Notes: generated from the sequence alone by a model not told the origin. 44,109 bases of DNA from Draconibacterium sp. (GCA_047971205.1 JBKDZK010000314.1:1-44109), one strand, 5' to 3'. Shown: positions 9,452 to 17,950, numbered from the stretch's first letter. A program made the numbers and translations.

Positions 9452-10231
9452 TCAAGCTGCAAAGATAGCAATAAGTCCCATAAGCGCGCAATAAACGGCG
9501 AAATAAATCAGTTTGCCTCGTTTTACTATTTTTATCATCCAGGAGCAGGCCAGCAAGCCGGAAAGAAAGGCTGCTACAAACCCAATCGCCAGGTTTTTAA
9601 TGTTGACTTCGGCAAAAACAACTCCTTCTCTTATTACGTCGTAACCCAATGCTCCGAGAATGGGGAGAAGTACCATCAAAAATGAAAAACGGGCGACATC
9701 CTCTTTTTTGCCTTTTAATAAAAGACCGGTGGCAATGGTAGATCCGCTGCGGGAAATACCGGGTAAAATGGCCAGCGTTTGCGCGATGCCTATTATGAAT
9801 GCGTTTTTGTAAGTGATTTTGCCATCACTTTTCTTTACGAAAGTAGTCAGTGTAAGTAATGCGGCAGTAACCAGCAACATACAGCCCACCAGTAAGAGAT
9901 TACCGGTAAAAAGACCTTCGATTTGCTTCTTGAAAATGAGACCGATGATTACAATGGGAACCGAAGATAAAAGTAGCTTGGCGATGTACTGAGTTGATTG
10001 GTTCCATTTGAATTCAAACAAATCCTGACATAAAATTTTAATGTCTTTCCGGAATACAACCAGTGTACTTAGAACGGTGGCAACATGCACAACAAGCACA
10101 AACAGCAGGTTGTTGCCTTCGTGTATACCCAGCAAAGCATGCCCCATTTCAAGGTGTCCGCTTGAGCTGATAGGTAGAAATTCAGTAAGTCCCTGGATAA
10201 TTCCGAGTAGAAGTGCCTGGAGTTCGTTCAT
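9452..10231 (-). CDS. uppP: Undecaprenyl-diphosphate phosphatase
   Basis: QGLTEFLPISSSGH and PGISRSGST motifs; polytopic membrane protein. Confidence 0.96.
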   Translation of the reverse strand: MNELQALLLGIIQGLTEFLPISSSGHLEMGHALLGIHEGNNLLFVLVVHVATVLSTLVVFRKDIKILCQDLFEFKWNQSTQYIAKLLLSSVPIVIIGLIFKKQIEGLFTGNLLLVGCMLLVTAALLTLTTFVKKSDGKITYKNAFIIGIAQTLAILPGISRSGSTIATGLLLKGKKEDVARFSFLMVLLPILGALGYDVIREGVVFAEVNIKNLAIGFVAAFLSGLLACSWMIKIVKRGKLIYFAVYCALMGLIAIFAA

Positions 10232-10239
10232 CGGCCCGT

Positions 10240-10497
10240 TTATTCTTCCTCTTTGGGTTTTTTCATAATGGCGTAGATCTCAAAAACAAACCCGATGAAA
10301 AGAAGAATCGGTGCCAGCGTAATTCGGCGAAAGCTGAAAATTTCTTCACTGAAAACATTGGGATCATGACTGCCGCCACCTGCCATCAGGATAAAACCTA
10401 AGATAATGATGGCAAATCCAATAGCCATTAATTTATAGTTCTCTTTTCCGAGGGCAAATCCCGCTGTATCTTTTGATTCTTTTGTTCTTTTAGCCAT
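10240..10497 (-). CDS. DUF3098-family small membrane protein
   Basis: 'KENYKLMAIG...GFILMAGG...RITLAP' pattern, in its usual position between ftsX and uppP/truB in Bacteroidota. Confidence 0.85.
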   Translation of the reverse strand: MAKRTKESKDTAGFALGKENYKLMAIGFAIIILGFILMAGGGSHDPNVFSEEIFSFRRITLAPILLFIGFVFEIYAIMKKPKEEE

Positions 10498-10526
10498 ATT
10501 TCGGATAAATTGGTGCGTAAAGATAG

Positions 10527-11405
10527 TTAATAAAATAACTCGTCAAATTTCAATCGCAGGAATTTGTTGAGCGCAAGCCATGTCGATAGCAGGGAGATAA
10601 TAAAGCCAAGGGCAAAAACAATGGCTACAACATACAGAACAACCTTCAGGTCGTTTTCTGAAATAAGACCATAAAGTTCTTTTTTGTAAGTGTAGATCCC
10701 GGCCAGTAAAATGATGTTGGCAAGTAGCGCGCCAACGGCTCCCAGCCCAATGCTTCTTTTCAGAAAAGGTTTTCGGATGTAATTCCTGCTGGCGCCAACC
10801 ATTTGCATGGTATTAATTATAAAGCGCTGCGAATAGATCAGTAAACGAATAGTATTGTTGATCAGCCCGAAGAAAATAAAGGTTAGCAGTGAGCTTACAA
10901 TCAGGATGATCAAACTTATTTTTTGAACATTGTCATTGATTAATGTGACCAGGTTTTTTTGGTAGTAAACTTCGGTTACCTGCGGGTAGTCGAGGAACTT
11001 TTGCTCCAGCATAACCAAGCTGTCGTTTTGTGTGTACGGGGCATAGAGTTTTACGTCGAGCGATGCAAAAAGCGGGTTGTAGCCCAGAAATCCGGAAAAA
11101 TCTTCGCCCAGTTGCCGGGTTAATTCCTCGGCTGCTTCTTCCTTGTTAATAAAGCGGGTTGACTTTACGTAGTCGCTGGCATTTAGTGTCTTTTGCAGGC
11201 GAAGGACCTCGGTTTCCTTCAGGTTTTCTTTCAGTACCAGGGTGAACCCGATTTGCTCGCGCACATATTCCGACAAGCGGCGGGTGTTCAGTAATATTAA
11301 GCTTAGCAGACCCATCAATACCAAAACCAGTGTAATGCTTACCAGTGAAGTCATCCACGAGTTCATAAATCGCTTTTTTAATTTTTTGGGTCTTTGCTTT
11401 TTCAT
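10527..11405 (-). CDS. ftsX: Cell division permease-like protein FtsX
   Basis: 4-TM layout with a periplasmic domain; 'GYNPL', 'INNTIRL.IYS.RF.I.TMQMVGA' motifs. Confidence 0.92.
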   Translation of the reverse strand: MKKQRPKKLKKRFMNSWMTSLVSITLVLVLMGLLSLILLNTRRLSEYVREQIGFTLVLKENLKETEVLRLQKTLNASDYVKSTRFINKEEAAEELTRQLGEDFSGFLGYNPLFASLDVKLYAPYTQNDSLVMLEQKFLDYPQVTEVYYQKNLVTLINDNVQKISLIILIVSSLLTFIFFGLINNTIRLLIYSQRFIINTMQMVGASRNYIRKPFLKRSIGLGAVGALLANIILLAGIYTYKKELYGLISENDLKVVLYVVAIVFALGFIISLLSTWLALNKFLRLKFDELFY

Positions 11406-11430
11406 GCTTATCCGTTCATCTGCCGGTCAA

Positions 11431-11438
11431 CAAATGTA
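11431..11438 (-). promoter_or_regulatory. -7 promoter element for the ftsX operon
   Basis: TACATTTG on the minus strand, 25 nt before the start codon. Confidence 0.55.
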
Positions 11439-11709
11439 AGTAAATTAAAGGGCTGTTTCAGAAGTCTTGCCCCGTTTTATTCACATCCTTCTTGTTGTTT
11501 CGTGTTTTCGATTTAGTAGATAACGGTCAAAAAACAAGAAGATTATTCAGCAGCGAAATTACTTCAGCTGGGACATTGAGCCCGGTTGTTTCCCTAGTAT
11601 TTCTTCGTAGAAAGAAGGGTGTATTAATGTTTTGAAAATCAATGGAAGCGTGTTTATGTTAATTTTATGCGAAACGACGCTAAGTGCATGAAAATTTGAC
11701 ATTTATTTC

Positions 11710-11740
11710 TTTGCATTTCCAAAAAAAGAAAATACTTTTG
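11710..11740 (+). promoter_or_regulatory. Bacteroidota sigma-A promoter for rplM-rpsI-rpsB-tsf
   Basis: TTTG (11710-11713), 19-nt spacer, TACTTTTG (11733-11740): matches the -33/-7 consensus. Confidence 0.7.
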
Positions 11741-11885
11741 CAGTCCCGATTATTATCCTTATTTATAAGGAGTGTAAGTAATTGATTTTCTTGATGTAAG
11801 TGCTGTTGTCGAAAAATTCCGTTGAGGCAATCGGTTAAAGCTGAGGGAAGGTCAGAAGTGTAGAATACAAAAAAAGAAGTTTAAA

Positions 11886-12338
11886 GTGGACACACTTAGC
11901 TATAAAACAATTTCGGCGAATAAAGAAACCGTTAACAAAGAGTGGGTTCTTATTGATGCTGAAGGACTTGTTTTGGGGCGTTTGGCCAGTGAAGTGGCAA
12001 AAATGCTAAGAGGTAAAAACAAGCCGAATTTTACTCCGCACGTTGACTGTGGGGATAACGTAATCGTGATCAATGCTGAAAAAGTTGTATTGACTGGTAA
12101 AAAAATGAGCGACAAACAATACGTACGTCACTCAGGTTACCCGGGCGGACAGCGTTTTCAAAATCCTCTGGAAATTCTTGCTAAATATCCGGAGCGCCTG
12201 GTGGAAAAAGCCGTAAAAGGTATGTTGCCTAAAAACAAACTGGGCCGCAAACTGTACGGTAACTTGCATGTAGTTATTGGTGCTGAACACAAGTATGCTG
12301 CGCAGCAACCAAAAATTGTTGATTTAAAAACTAAATAA
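11886..12338 (+). CDS. rplM: 50S ribosomal protein L13
   Basis: [24 protein letters not shown] and KGMLPKN motifs. GTG start. Confidence 0.98.
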   Translation: MDTLSYKTISANKETVNKEWVLIDAEGLVLGRLASEVAKMLRGKNKPNFTPHVDCGDNVIVINAEKVVLTGKKMSDKQYVRHSGYPGGQRFQNPLEILAKYPERLVEKAVKGMLPKNKLGRKLYGNLHVVIGAEHKYAAQQPKIVDLKTK

Positions 12339-12343
12339 ACAAG

Positions 12344-12730
12344 ATGGAAGTAATTAATTCATTAGGACGTAGAAAAACAGCAGTTGCTCGTATTTACGTT
12401 AGCGAAGGTAAAGGAAACATTACCATCAACAAAAGGGAACTGAAAGAATACTTCCCGTCAGAAATTTTGCAGTTCATCGTATTGCAACCACTGAACTTGC
12501 TTCAGGTTTCTGAAAAATACGATATCAAAGTGAACCTTGATGGCGGTGGCCCAAAAGGACAGGCAGAAGCGCTGCGTTTGGCTATCACCCGTGCTTTAAT
12601 GGAAATTGATCCTGAGTCAAGACCACAATTAAAAGCTGCCGGATTTGTTACAAGGGATCCGCGCGTAGTGGAACGAAAGAAACCAGGTCAGCCAAAAGCA
12701 AGAAAACGGTTCCAGTTCTCAAAACGTTAA
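12344..12730 (+). CDS. rpsI: 30S ribosomal protein S9
   Basis: GRRKTAVAR, GGG..GQA and RDPRVVERKKPG..KARKRFQFSKR motifs. Confidence 0.98.
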   Translation: MEVINSLGRRKTAVARIYVSEGKGNITINKRELKEYFPSEILQFIVLQPLNLLQVSEKYDIKVNLDGGGPKGQAEALRLAITRALMEIDPESRPQLKAAGFVTRDPRVVERKKPGQPKARKRFQFSKR

Positions 12731-12758
12731 TATTTATATTATTATTCACTTATATGGA

Positions 12759-12813
12759 TCTAAAACGGCTGAGATCTCCGGGGTTTCGGGGCTACCCAGC
12801 GGTTGCTTTTAGA
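12759..12813 (+). promoter_or_regulatory. Structured rpsB leader (candidate S2 autoregulatory element)
   Basis: Nested stems TCTAAAA/TTTTAGA, GCTG/CAGC and CTCCG/CGGGG, ending 19 nt before the rpsB ATG. Confidence 0.5.
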
Positions 12814-12832
12814 ACATAGAAAAAGTAAACAG

Positions 12833-13642
12833 ATGCCAAGAACAAATTTTCAAGAATTATTGGAAGCAGGTGCACATTTTGGTCACCTGAAAAGAAAGTG
12901 GAATCCCAACATGGAGCCTTATATCTTCATGGAGAAAAACGGAATCCACATCATCGATCTGCAAAAAACAGTAGTTAAAATCGACGAAGCTGCGGCTGCC
13001 ATTAAGCAAATTGCAAAATCGGGTCGTAAAGTTTTGTTTGTTGCTACTAAAAAGCAAGCCAAAGAACTGGTTTCAGACTTAGTAAAAGCGGTAGGAATGC
13101 CTTACGTTACTGAACGCTGGCCTGGTGGTATGCTTACCAACTTCCCAACCATCCGCAAAGCGGTGAAAAAAATGATCTCCATCGACAAAATGATGAAGGA
13201 CACCAGTTGGGATAACCTTTCAAAACGTGAGAAACTGCAGATCACAAGGCAGCGTGCTAAACTGGAAAAAGTATTGGGTTCAATCTCTGACCTTACCCGT
13301 TTACCAGCAGCCCTTTTTGTTGTTGACGTATTGAAAGAAAAAATCGCTGTTCGTGAAGCTCAGAAACTGGGAGTCCCCGTATTTGCGATTGTTGATACCA
13401 ACTCGAACCCTGAAGATGTTGATTTTGTAATTCCTGCCAACGACGATGCTTCTCAGTCAATTAAACTGATTGTTGGAGCTATGTGTGATGCTATCCGTGA
13501 AGGATTGGGCGAACGCAAAGTTGAGAAGGAGAAAGAAGACGCAGATGTTGCTTCCGGTAAAAAAGCAGCGAAAGCTGTTAACGAAGATTCGGACGACGAT
13601 GAAGACGTTGATGACGAAGAAACTTCTGACGACGACGAGTAA
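12833..13642 (+). CDS. rpsB: 30S ribosomal protein S2
   Basis: LLEAGAHFGH...WNPNM, RWPGGMLTN, DTNSNP and PANDD motifs. ATG 12833. Confidence 0.98.
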   Translation: MPRTNFQELLEAGAHFGHLKRKWNPNMEPYIFMEKNGIHIIDLQKTVVKIDEAAAAIKQIAKSGRKVLFVATKKQAKELVSDLVKAVGMPYVTERWPGGMLTNFPTIRKAVKKMISIDKMMKDTSWDNLSKREKLQITRQRAKLEKVLGSISDLTRLPAALFVVDVLKEKIAVREAQKLGVPVFAIVDTNSNPEDVDFVIPANDDASQSIKLIVGAMCDAIREGLGERKVEKEKEDADVASGKKAAKAVNEDSDDDEDVDDEETSDDDE

Positions 13643-13679
13643 GGTTAACATTCTATAAACTTTAAAAAGATTTTATCAT

Positions 13680-14504
13680 ATGTCTTTTACAACAGCTGAC
13701 GTAGTTAAACTGCGTAAAGTATCCGGTGCAGGGATGATGGATTGCAAAAATGCCCTGGCGGAAGCCGAAGGTAACTTTGAAAGAGCACTCGAAATTATCC
13801 GCGAAAAAGGAAAACTGATTGCTCACAAACGTGCAGACCGCGACGCTGCTGAAGGTGTTGCTCTGTCGAAAGTTACTGAAGATGGCAAATTCGGTGCATT
13901 GGTTGTACTGAACTGCGAAACCGACTTCGTAGCTAAGAACGAAAGCTTTGTTGCATTTGCTGAGAAAATTCTGAATGCAGCACTCGAAAATAAAGTGGAA
14001 AGCCTGGACGCTCTGAAAGCCATTGAGCTTGACGGAACTGCCATTGAAGCATTGGTAACTGAACAAACCGGTGTAACAGGCGAAAAACTGGAACTTTCGT
14101 ACTATAAATGTTTGAGCGATGCAGCTGTAGTTGGTTATATCCACCCAGGAAACAAACTGGCTACAATGGTAAGTTTCAACAAAGAAGTGGAAGCTCAGGT
14201 AGGAAAAGATGTGGCTATGCAGGTAGCAGCTATGGCTCCGCTTGCAGTTGACGAGTCTTCTATTCCACAAGCTGAAATCGATAAAGAACTTGCTTTTGCG
14301 AAAGAAAAATACCGTAACGAAGGTAAACCTGAAGAGATGATCGAAAAGATCGCTATGGGTTCACTGAACAAATGGTACAAAGACGTAACGCTTTTGAACC
14401 AGATTTACGTGAAAGATGGAAAAATCTCCATCAAAGATTTCCTGAAGCAAAACGATGCTGAGTTGACAGTAACAGCTTTTGACCGTTATTCGTTGAATGC
14501 TTAA
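13680..14504 (+). CDS. tsf: Elongation factor Ts
   Basis: VKLRKVSGAGMMDCKNAL and NCETDFVAKN motifs. Confidence 0.98.
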   Translation: MSFTTADVVKLRKVSGAGMMDCKNALAEAEGNFERALEIIREKGKLIAHKRADRDAAEGVALSKVTEDGKFGALVVLNCETDFVAKNESFVAFAEKILNAALENKVESLDALKAIELDGTAIEALVTEQTGVTGEKLELSYYKCLSDAAVVGYIHPGNKLATMVSFNKEVEAQVGKDVAMQVAAMAPLAVDESSIPQAEIDKELAFAKEKYRNEGKPEEMIEKIAMGSLNKWYKDVTLLNQIYVKDGKISIKDFLKQNDAELTVTAFDRYSLNA

Positions 14505-14525
14505 TTCGAAGCTAAAGAAATAAAT

Positions 14526-14556
14526 AAAAGGGTTGTCGTTTGACAGCCCTTTTTTT
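14526..14556 (+). terminator. Intrinsic terminator after tsf
   Basis: AAAAGGGTTGTC-GTTT-GACAGCCC followed by a T7 tract; the G-U pair fits the plus strand. Confidence 0.88.
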
Positions 14557-14571
14557 GTGCTTCACTTTTGG

Positions 14572-14611
14572 GAAATAGAAAGCCTCCCGCCAAAAGTGGC
14601 GAAAGGCTTTT
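14572..14611 (-). terminator. Orphan terminator-like hairpin for a minus-strand transcript
   Basis: Minus strand reads AAAGCCTTTCGCCA-CTTT-TGGCGGGAGGCTTT-CTATTT. The CC/AA mismatches on plus become U-G pairs on minus. Confidence 0.6.
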
Positions 14612-14800
14612 ACTTTATGCTGTTTGAAGTTTGCCTGGCGAATTAAGGCCAGGCGTTGTACTTTGGTTGCTATTTCATTCGGGATTAATCTATCCCTGAA
14701 GGTCCCGGTTATGGCCGAAATGTTTTCTCAAAAAGACCGGTACAGTGTTCCTGTCAGTATTCGAAAACGTGTAATTTTGTTAAAAAACGTTAACTAATTT
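14575..14800 (-). ncRNA. Candidate structured small RNA (boundaries uncertain)
   Basis: Hairpins GCCTGGC/GCCAGGC (14633-14654) and TTCGGGAT/ATCCC-T-GAA (14678-14700) precede the orphan minus-strand terminator. No credible ORF here. Confidence 0.35.
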
Positions 14801-15131
14801 AGCGAATATCAGTTAAAAAGTCAAGTAAACAGTCGTTCAATCCGAGAGTATTGGCCATTTAAAAGCCAGGTAAATTATTTGCGTTATTCGGAAAACCGGG
14901 AAAAGGTAATCTTTGCGTCTGTTTGCATTACTTGTGGTTGTGCAAATGTCGGCCCGCAACCCCGGAGATAAATTGGTTGATTTTTCCGGCAAAGGAACCC
15001 TGCTGTACGTATTCTTCGTATAAGTGAGTGCGAGAGGCACTTTGTAAGAGAAGTGTAATGAATGGATAAATCGAAGCGTAATGGAATATCCGGCTCGTGT
15101 AGCGGATAAAAACGTTTAAAACTTAAAAATC

Positions 15132-15224
15132 ATGGGAGCACTTATCGCATACGGTGTCCTGATGGTGATTGTGATTGCAATAGTGTTGTTTTTGAGCTAT
15201 CAGGATGTAAAACATGATGGATAA
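15132..15224 (+). CDS. 30-aa single-TM small protein MGALIAYGVLMVIVIAIVLFLSYQDVKHDG (below the ORF-track cutoff)
   Basis: ATG preceded by a Bacteroidota-type A-rich start region (TTTAAAACTTAAAAATC). About 21 consecutive apolar residues followed by a polar/charged tail. Confidence 0.65.
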   Translation: MGALIAYGVLMVIVIAIVLFLSYQDVKHDG

Positions 15225-15327
15225 AAAAGTACCGGTTTCTATGAAACAGAGATATTTCCCTTTTTTGTCGCCTGGGGTAGTAAGCCGCAGAAAGGGAAGG
15301 TCTGTGTTCTTCGGATTTCTTTATTAT

Positions 15328-15351
15328 AAAAAGCCTTCATAATGTGAAGGC
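15328..15351 (-). terminator. Terminator of the tRNA-Thr transcript
   Basis: Minus strand GCCTTCAC-ATT-ATGAAGGC-TTTTT. Confidence 0.65.
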
Positions 15352-15368
15352 AGTCGTAACAAAATTTT

Positions 15369-15386
15369 TGAGCCTCTCACGGGACT
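15369..15386 (-). repeat. Exact 18-bp duplicate of the tRNA-Thr 3' end (att-like)
   Basis: TGAGCCTCTCACGGGACT occurs at 15369-15386 and at 15425-15442. Confidence 0.9.
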
Positions 15387-15426
15387 TCCCGATTTTCATC
15401 GGGACAGGCTTCTCTTCCCGTTCGTG

Positions 15427-15499
15427 AGCCTCTCACGGGACTCGAACCCGCGACCTGCTCATTACGAATGAGCTGCTCTACCAGCTGAGCTAAAGAGGC
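15427..15499 (-). tRNA. tRNA-Thr (anticodon CGT)
   Basis: Minus strand GCCTCTTTAGCTCAGCTGGTAGAGCAGCTCATTCGTAATGAGCAGGTCGCGGGTTCGAGTCCCGTGAGAGGCT forms a cloverleaf with anticodon loop TTCGTAA and T-loop GTTCGAG. CCA is not encoded. Confidence 0.96.
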
Positions 15500-15830
15500 T
15501 TAATGATGTACGAAGTAAGTAATTAAAGCGAGAATTTACAACAGAAAACTGGCGCATTTTCATCAAAAATGCCCCCTTTAAGATTAGGGGCCAAGCCCGA
15601 GGCCTCGCAAAATTCTTATTTTCGTGTAAATACTAAGTTACCGGGGTCTGAAGCAAAATCGTTAACGTAGTTAGCGAATTTCTGAAAATCCCCGAGGATG
15701 GATTGAGGCGCGCTGCTCAGTCAAGGAAAGTTTGCCCTTTATTTCAAAGCTTTCAACCCGATATTCCAAAATCAAGGTTTTCCAAATTCCTAATCCAGTA
15801 TCACGCATCTAAACATCCAGTATCCAAAAC

Positions 15831-15864
15831 AAAAAAAGCCCCTCCATCAACTGATGAAGAGGCC
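15831..15864 (-). terminator. Intrinsic terminator after lysS
   Basis: Imperfect GC-rich hairpin (GCCCCTCCATCA...TGATGAAGAGGC) with an A7 tract on the left. Confidence 0.65.
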
Positions 15865-15890
15865 CTGCTATTATCTGGTTTTATTTTTGT

Positions 15891-17597
15891 CTATAGCAAT
15901 GAAACAGTTAATCCGGCATTGGCATTCTCTACTTTTGCCACTTTTTTGCTGGTCAGTCCTTTTATGGCTTTGTCCCATTTTTTGTTGCTGAGTTCCGATT
16001 TCGCTTTTAAGTCGTTCAGGTCGATCGGTGAAGTTTCTTTCAGCAGCTCGAAAACCACTTTCTCGTCTTCCGACAACTCAACGGCTTTTTTCTCCGGTTT
16101 CATTTGCGGGAAGAACAACACATCCTGGATCGACGGGCTGTTGGTCATAAACATAGTCAGGCGGTCCATGCCAATACCCATTCCCGATGTAGGAGGCATC
16201 CCGTATTCCAGCGCACGCAGGAAGTCCTGATCGATAAACATCGCTTCGTCGTCGCCTTTTTCCGAAAGTTTCAGCTGGTCTTCAAAACGTTCGCGCTGGT
16301 CGATCGGGTCGTTTAGCTCAGAGTAAGCATTGGCCAGCTCTTTCCCGTTTACCATCAGCTCAAAACGTTCGGTCAGTTCCGGGTTGTCGCGGTGTTTTTT
16401 GGTAAGCGGCGACATTTCAACCGGGTAGTCGGTAATAAATGTCGGCTGGATGTAATTGTGCTCACATTTTTCGCCAAATATCTCGTCGATCAGTTTTCCT
16501 TTCCCCATTGTCTCGTCGGTTTCAATGCCGAGTTTGTCGCAAATCTCGCGCAGCTCAGTTTCCGACTTTCCGGAGATATCGTAACCGGTATGTTCTTTAA
16601 TTGCATCAGTCATGGTCACACGTGGGAACGGAGCTTTGTAGTCGATAATATGCTCACCCAGCTGAACTTTGGTTGTTCCGTGCAAGGCCAGCGCCACACG
16701 TTCGCAAATCTCCTCGGTAAACTCCATCATCCACTTGTAGTCTTTGTAAGCCACGTAAATCTCCATTACGGTGAATTCCGGGTTATGCGTGCGGTCCATC
16801 CCTTCGTTGCGGAAGTCTTTTGCAAACTCGTAAACGCCTTCAAAGCCACCCACAATCAGTCGTTTCAGGTAAAGCTCGTTGGCAATACGCATGTACAAAG
16901 GCATGTTCAGCGCGTTGTGGTGCGTAATAAACGGGCGGGCAGCAGCGCCTCCCGGAATCGGCTGCAAAATCGGCGTTTCCACTTCGTGGTAGCCGTATTC
17001 GTTGAACATCTGGCGCATGGCGTTGTAGATCTTTGTCCGTTTTACAAAGGTGTCTTTCACCTGCGGATTCACGATCAGGTCGACATAACGCTGCCGGTAA
17101 CGCTGTTCCGGATCGGTAAATGCATCAAATGTTTTTCCTTCTTTTTCTTTAACCACCGGAAGCGGCCGCAGTGATTTGCTTAGCACGGTAAGCTCTTTTA
17201 CATGAACGGTAAGCTCGCCCATCTGCGTAATAAAAGCAAAGCCTTTTACCCCGATAATGTCGCCAATATCAAGCAGCTTTTTGAATACCTCGTTGTACAG
17301 GGTTTTGTCTTCTCCTGTACAAATTTCATCGCGGTTTATGTAAATCTGAATACGCCCTTCCTGATCCTGAATTTCGGCAAATGCTGCTTTTCCCATGATG
17401 CGGCGGTTCATCAGTCGTCCGGCAATCACAACATCCTGGAAATTATTGTCTTCTTCCTTGTAGTTATTTTTTATAGCGGCAGAAGTAGTGTTTACATGAT
17501 ACTGTGCAGCAGGATAGGGATCAACACCCAATTCCCGCATTTTTTGCAACGAATTTCTTCTGATTAACTCCTGTTCGCTTAATTCCTGGTGACTCAT
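15891..17597 (-). CDS. lysS: Lysine--tRNA ligase (class II) with a C-terminal extension
   Basis: [44 protein letters not shown] and [15 protein letters not shown] motifs. Start [10 protein letters not shown] at 17597. Confidence 0.97.
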   Translation of the reverse strand: MSHQELSEQELIRRNSLQKMRELGVDPYPAAQYHVNTTSAAIKNNYKEEDNNFQDVVIAGRLMNRRIMGKAAFAEIQDQEGRIQIYINRDEICTGEDKTLYNEVFKKLLDIGDIIGVKGFAFITQMGELTVHVKELTVLSKSLRPLPVVKEKEGKTFDAFTDPEQRYRQRYVDLIVNPQVKDTFVKRTKIYNAMRQMFNEYGYHEVETPILQPIPGGAAARPFITHHNALNMPLYMRIANELYLKRLIVGGFEGVYEFAKDFRNEGMDRTHNPEFTVMEIYVAYKDYKWMMEFTEEICERVALALHGTTKVQLGEHIIDYKAPFPRVTMTDAIKEHTGYDISGKSETELREICDKLGIETDETMGKGKLIDEIFGEKCEHNYIQPTFITDYPVEMSPLTKKHRDNPELTERFELMVNGKELANAYSELNDPIDQRERFEDQLKLSEKGDDEAMFIDQDFLRALEYGMPPTSGMGIGMDRLTMFMTNSPSIQDVLFFPQMKPEKKAVELSEDEKVVFELLKETSPIDLNDLKAKSELSNKKWDKAIKGLTSKKVAKVENANAGLTVSLL

Positions 17598-17692
17598 TTT
17601 ATAATCTGTTTTTGTTCCTCTTCTGCCGGAAAATTCAAGCGGTTTTGCCGGAAACAAAGAGGTAACTTGCTGAATGTTTGCAAAAATTTCGG

Positions 17693-17700
17693 CAAAGATA
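17693..17700 (-). promoter_or_regulatory. -7 promoter element for lysS
   Basis: TATCTTTG on the minus strand. Confidence 0.55.
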
Positions 17701-17908
17701 ATAAAACAAGTTGCTCGTCCTTTTTCCTGTTTGCGAAATGCCGCCAAAGTTTTTAAACGATAACATAGTGTTCATGAATCGCCTGCCGGTTTCATCCGGA
17801 TGAGAACAGATACAAAACCCTTTTTCCCGGATGTATTTGGCTTTGTAGCAGTGTTGAAAAAATAATCGGACAATTTTAGGTTTTTTTTCTATATGAACAG
17901 GCATTTTG

Positions 17909-17916
17909 TATCTTTG
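17909..17916 (+). promoter_or_regulatory. -7 promoter element for recJ
   Basis: TATCTTTG, 34 nt before the ATG. Confidence 0.6.
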
Positions 17917-17950
17917 CTAACTTCTTTTCAGGAATCAACAAAAACGCGGA

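Noticed and set aside
11440..11700. Possible hidden gene in the ftsX-rplM divergent spacer
   Set aside because: I found only very short ORFs and no strong structure; it is consistent with a divergent promoter region.
13580..13640. GAC/GAT/GAA-rich low-complexity tract
   Set aside because: It simply encodes the acidic tail of S2.
13662..14270. 202-aa minus-strand ORF over tsf, and similar antisense ORFs over hisF, parE, parC and the helicase
   Set aside because: They fully overlap well-supported genes on the opposite strand, as expected from codon bias.
14560..15370. Intact prophage or integrative island at tRNA-Thr
   Set aside because: No integrase or phage gene, and the att-like repeats enclose only 38 bp.
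15369..15442. Possible mini-CRISPR (repeat, 38-bp spacer, repeat)
   Set aside because: Only two 18-bp copies, one of which is the tRNA 3' end, and there are no cas genes.
15851..15857. CTGATGA hammerhead-ribozyme core motif
   Set aside because: No stem II followed by GAAA; the motif is part of the lysS terminator hairpin.
16392..17174. 260-aa plus-strand ORF (also 15703-16230 and 17202-17567)
   Set aside because: Antisense shadows of lysS with no recognisable motifs.
17598..17747. 50-aa N-terminal extension of lysS in the ORF track (likewise proA 1211, rpsB 12803, peptidase 35117, ABC-F 40678)
   Set aside because: The extensions run through promoter or leader sequence. Downstream ATGs have better start context and match the family N-termini.
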